A DNA stretch of 24,000 nucleotides, from NCBI GenBank assembly GCA_963973915.1, contig CAXBBM010000003.1:99003-123002 (forward strand). Reading direction: 5' to 3'. Shown in pieces: positions 23,365 through 24,000 of this stretch. The number at the start of each line of letters is the position of its first letter. Within the stretch, counting starts at the first letter, position 1. The notes beneath the pieces were generated by a model. It was given only the letters and a program-made list of their open reading frames with translations, ran no database searches and was not told the origin of the DNA. The DNA comes from an uncultured Polycyclovorans sp. Lineage in GTDB: Bacteria > Pseudomonadota > Gammaproteobacteria > Nevskiales > Nevskiaceae. The position numbers were made by a program, and so were the translations under genes.

Positions 23365-24000
23365 CGCAGCACGAATCCTTCGTAGCCCTTGGCGGCCACC
23401 TCGTCGCACTTCATGCGGTAGTTGGGGGTGCCGCCGATGTAGACCAGAAAGCGCGGGATGCCGTCGGCGGTGTCGGTGTCGACAAACCAGGCGTCGTTGG
23501 ACAGCAGCAGCCCCTGAGTCACTTCATAGGCATGGCGGGTCCATTCGCGCTCGGCTTCTGCGGTGGTTTCAATGTGCGCCTTGCCGGTCTTCAGCATGTG
23601 CCCGATACAGTCGCTGACCCAGTCAACGTTCTGTTCGATGCAACGCGGAATGTTGCAGAAGGAGGCGGCGTTGTGGGGGCCGACCAGGGTGAACAGATTG
23701 GGGAAACCGCTTACCTGCAGGCCCAGGTAGGTCTCCGGCCCGTTCTTCCACTTTTCGGTCAGTTTCTGGTCACCGCGCCCGCGAATGTCGATGCGCTTGA
23801 ACGCGCCGGTCACCGCGTCGAAGCCGGTGGCGAAGATCAGCACGTCGAGTGGATATTCGCGGTCTCGGGTTTTCACGCCGGCAGGCGTGATGCGCTCGAT
23901 CGGGTTGTCGGGCAGGTGGACGAGTTCAACGTTGTCCTGGTTGTAGACCTCGTAGTAGTGCGTCTCCATGGGCACGCGCTTGGTGCCGAAGCCGTGCGTC
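23361..24000 (-). CDS. Flavin-dependent Baeyer-Villiger-type monooxygenase, C-terminal part (5' end beyond window)
   Basis: The reading frame is open to the window edge (THGFGTKRVPMETHYYEVYNQDNVELV...). LDVLIFATGFDAVTG, GFPNLFTLVGPHNA and the C-terminal pattern resemble type I BVMOs (cyclohexanone/acetone monooxygenase class). The N-terminal FAD/NADPH motifs are not in the window. Confidence 0.75.
   Translation of the reverse strand, partial: THGFGTKRVPMETHYYEVYNQDNVELVHLPDNPIERITPAGVKTRDREYPLDVLIFATGFDAVTGAFKRIDIRGRGDQKLTEKWKNGPETYLGLQVSGFPNLFTLVGPHNAASFCNIPRCIEQNVDWVSDCIGHMLKTGKAHIETTAEAEREWTRHAYEVTQGLLLSNDAWFVDTDTADGIPRFLVYIGGTPNYRMKCDEVAAKGYEGFVLR

Noticed and set aside
1-24000. Search for CRISPR arrays, tRNA/rRNA genes, IS elements, integrases and long terminal or direct repeats flanking the xmo cassette
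   Set aside because: None were found by reading. Intergenic regions are short (31-364 bp) and contain only the hairpins and short repeats listed. A computational repeat scan would be needed to exclude subtle elements.

Overview
High-GC proteobacterial-type chromosomal window, densely coding, with no rRNA, tRNA, CRISPR or IS elements seen. Left to right: a partial DUF445-like membrane protein gene (-); a MaoC hydratase and glutaryl-CoA dehydrogenase gcdH (+); a minus-strand marR / TolC-like OMP / HlyD(EmrA-like) / MFS(EmrB-like) efflux operon; and a TetR-family regulator (-). Divergent from the TetR gene is the stand-out locus, a four-gene copper membrane monooxygenase (CuMMO) operon in C-A-B-D order at 8430-12112 (+). 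The pMMO/AMO metal-ligand motifs are intact. The fourth gene encodes a secreted, C-terminally anchored protein in the PmoD/AmoD position. A long structured leader precedes xmoC and carries a candidate upstream ORF. Converging on this operon is an operon of at least 11 genes on the minus strand (12144-24000), with many start/stop overlaps. It encodes a Baeyer-Villiger-type flavin monooxygenase (partial), two adjacent acyl-CoA dehydrogenases, an AMP-forming acyl-CoA ligase, two family-III CoA-transferases, a MaoC hydratase, a third acyl-CoA dehydrogenase, an MmgE/PrpD-family protein, a CitE-like acyl-CoA lyase and a crotonase. The window contains no methanol, formaldehyde or hydroxylamine oxidation genes. 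The CuMMO is therefore best read as a divergent, TetR-associated hydrocarbon (xmo-type) monooxygenase rather than a classical methane or ammonia monooxygenase. Substrate and physiological role are unresolved. All family calls come from reading the translated ORFs against remembered family motifs; no searches were run.
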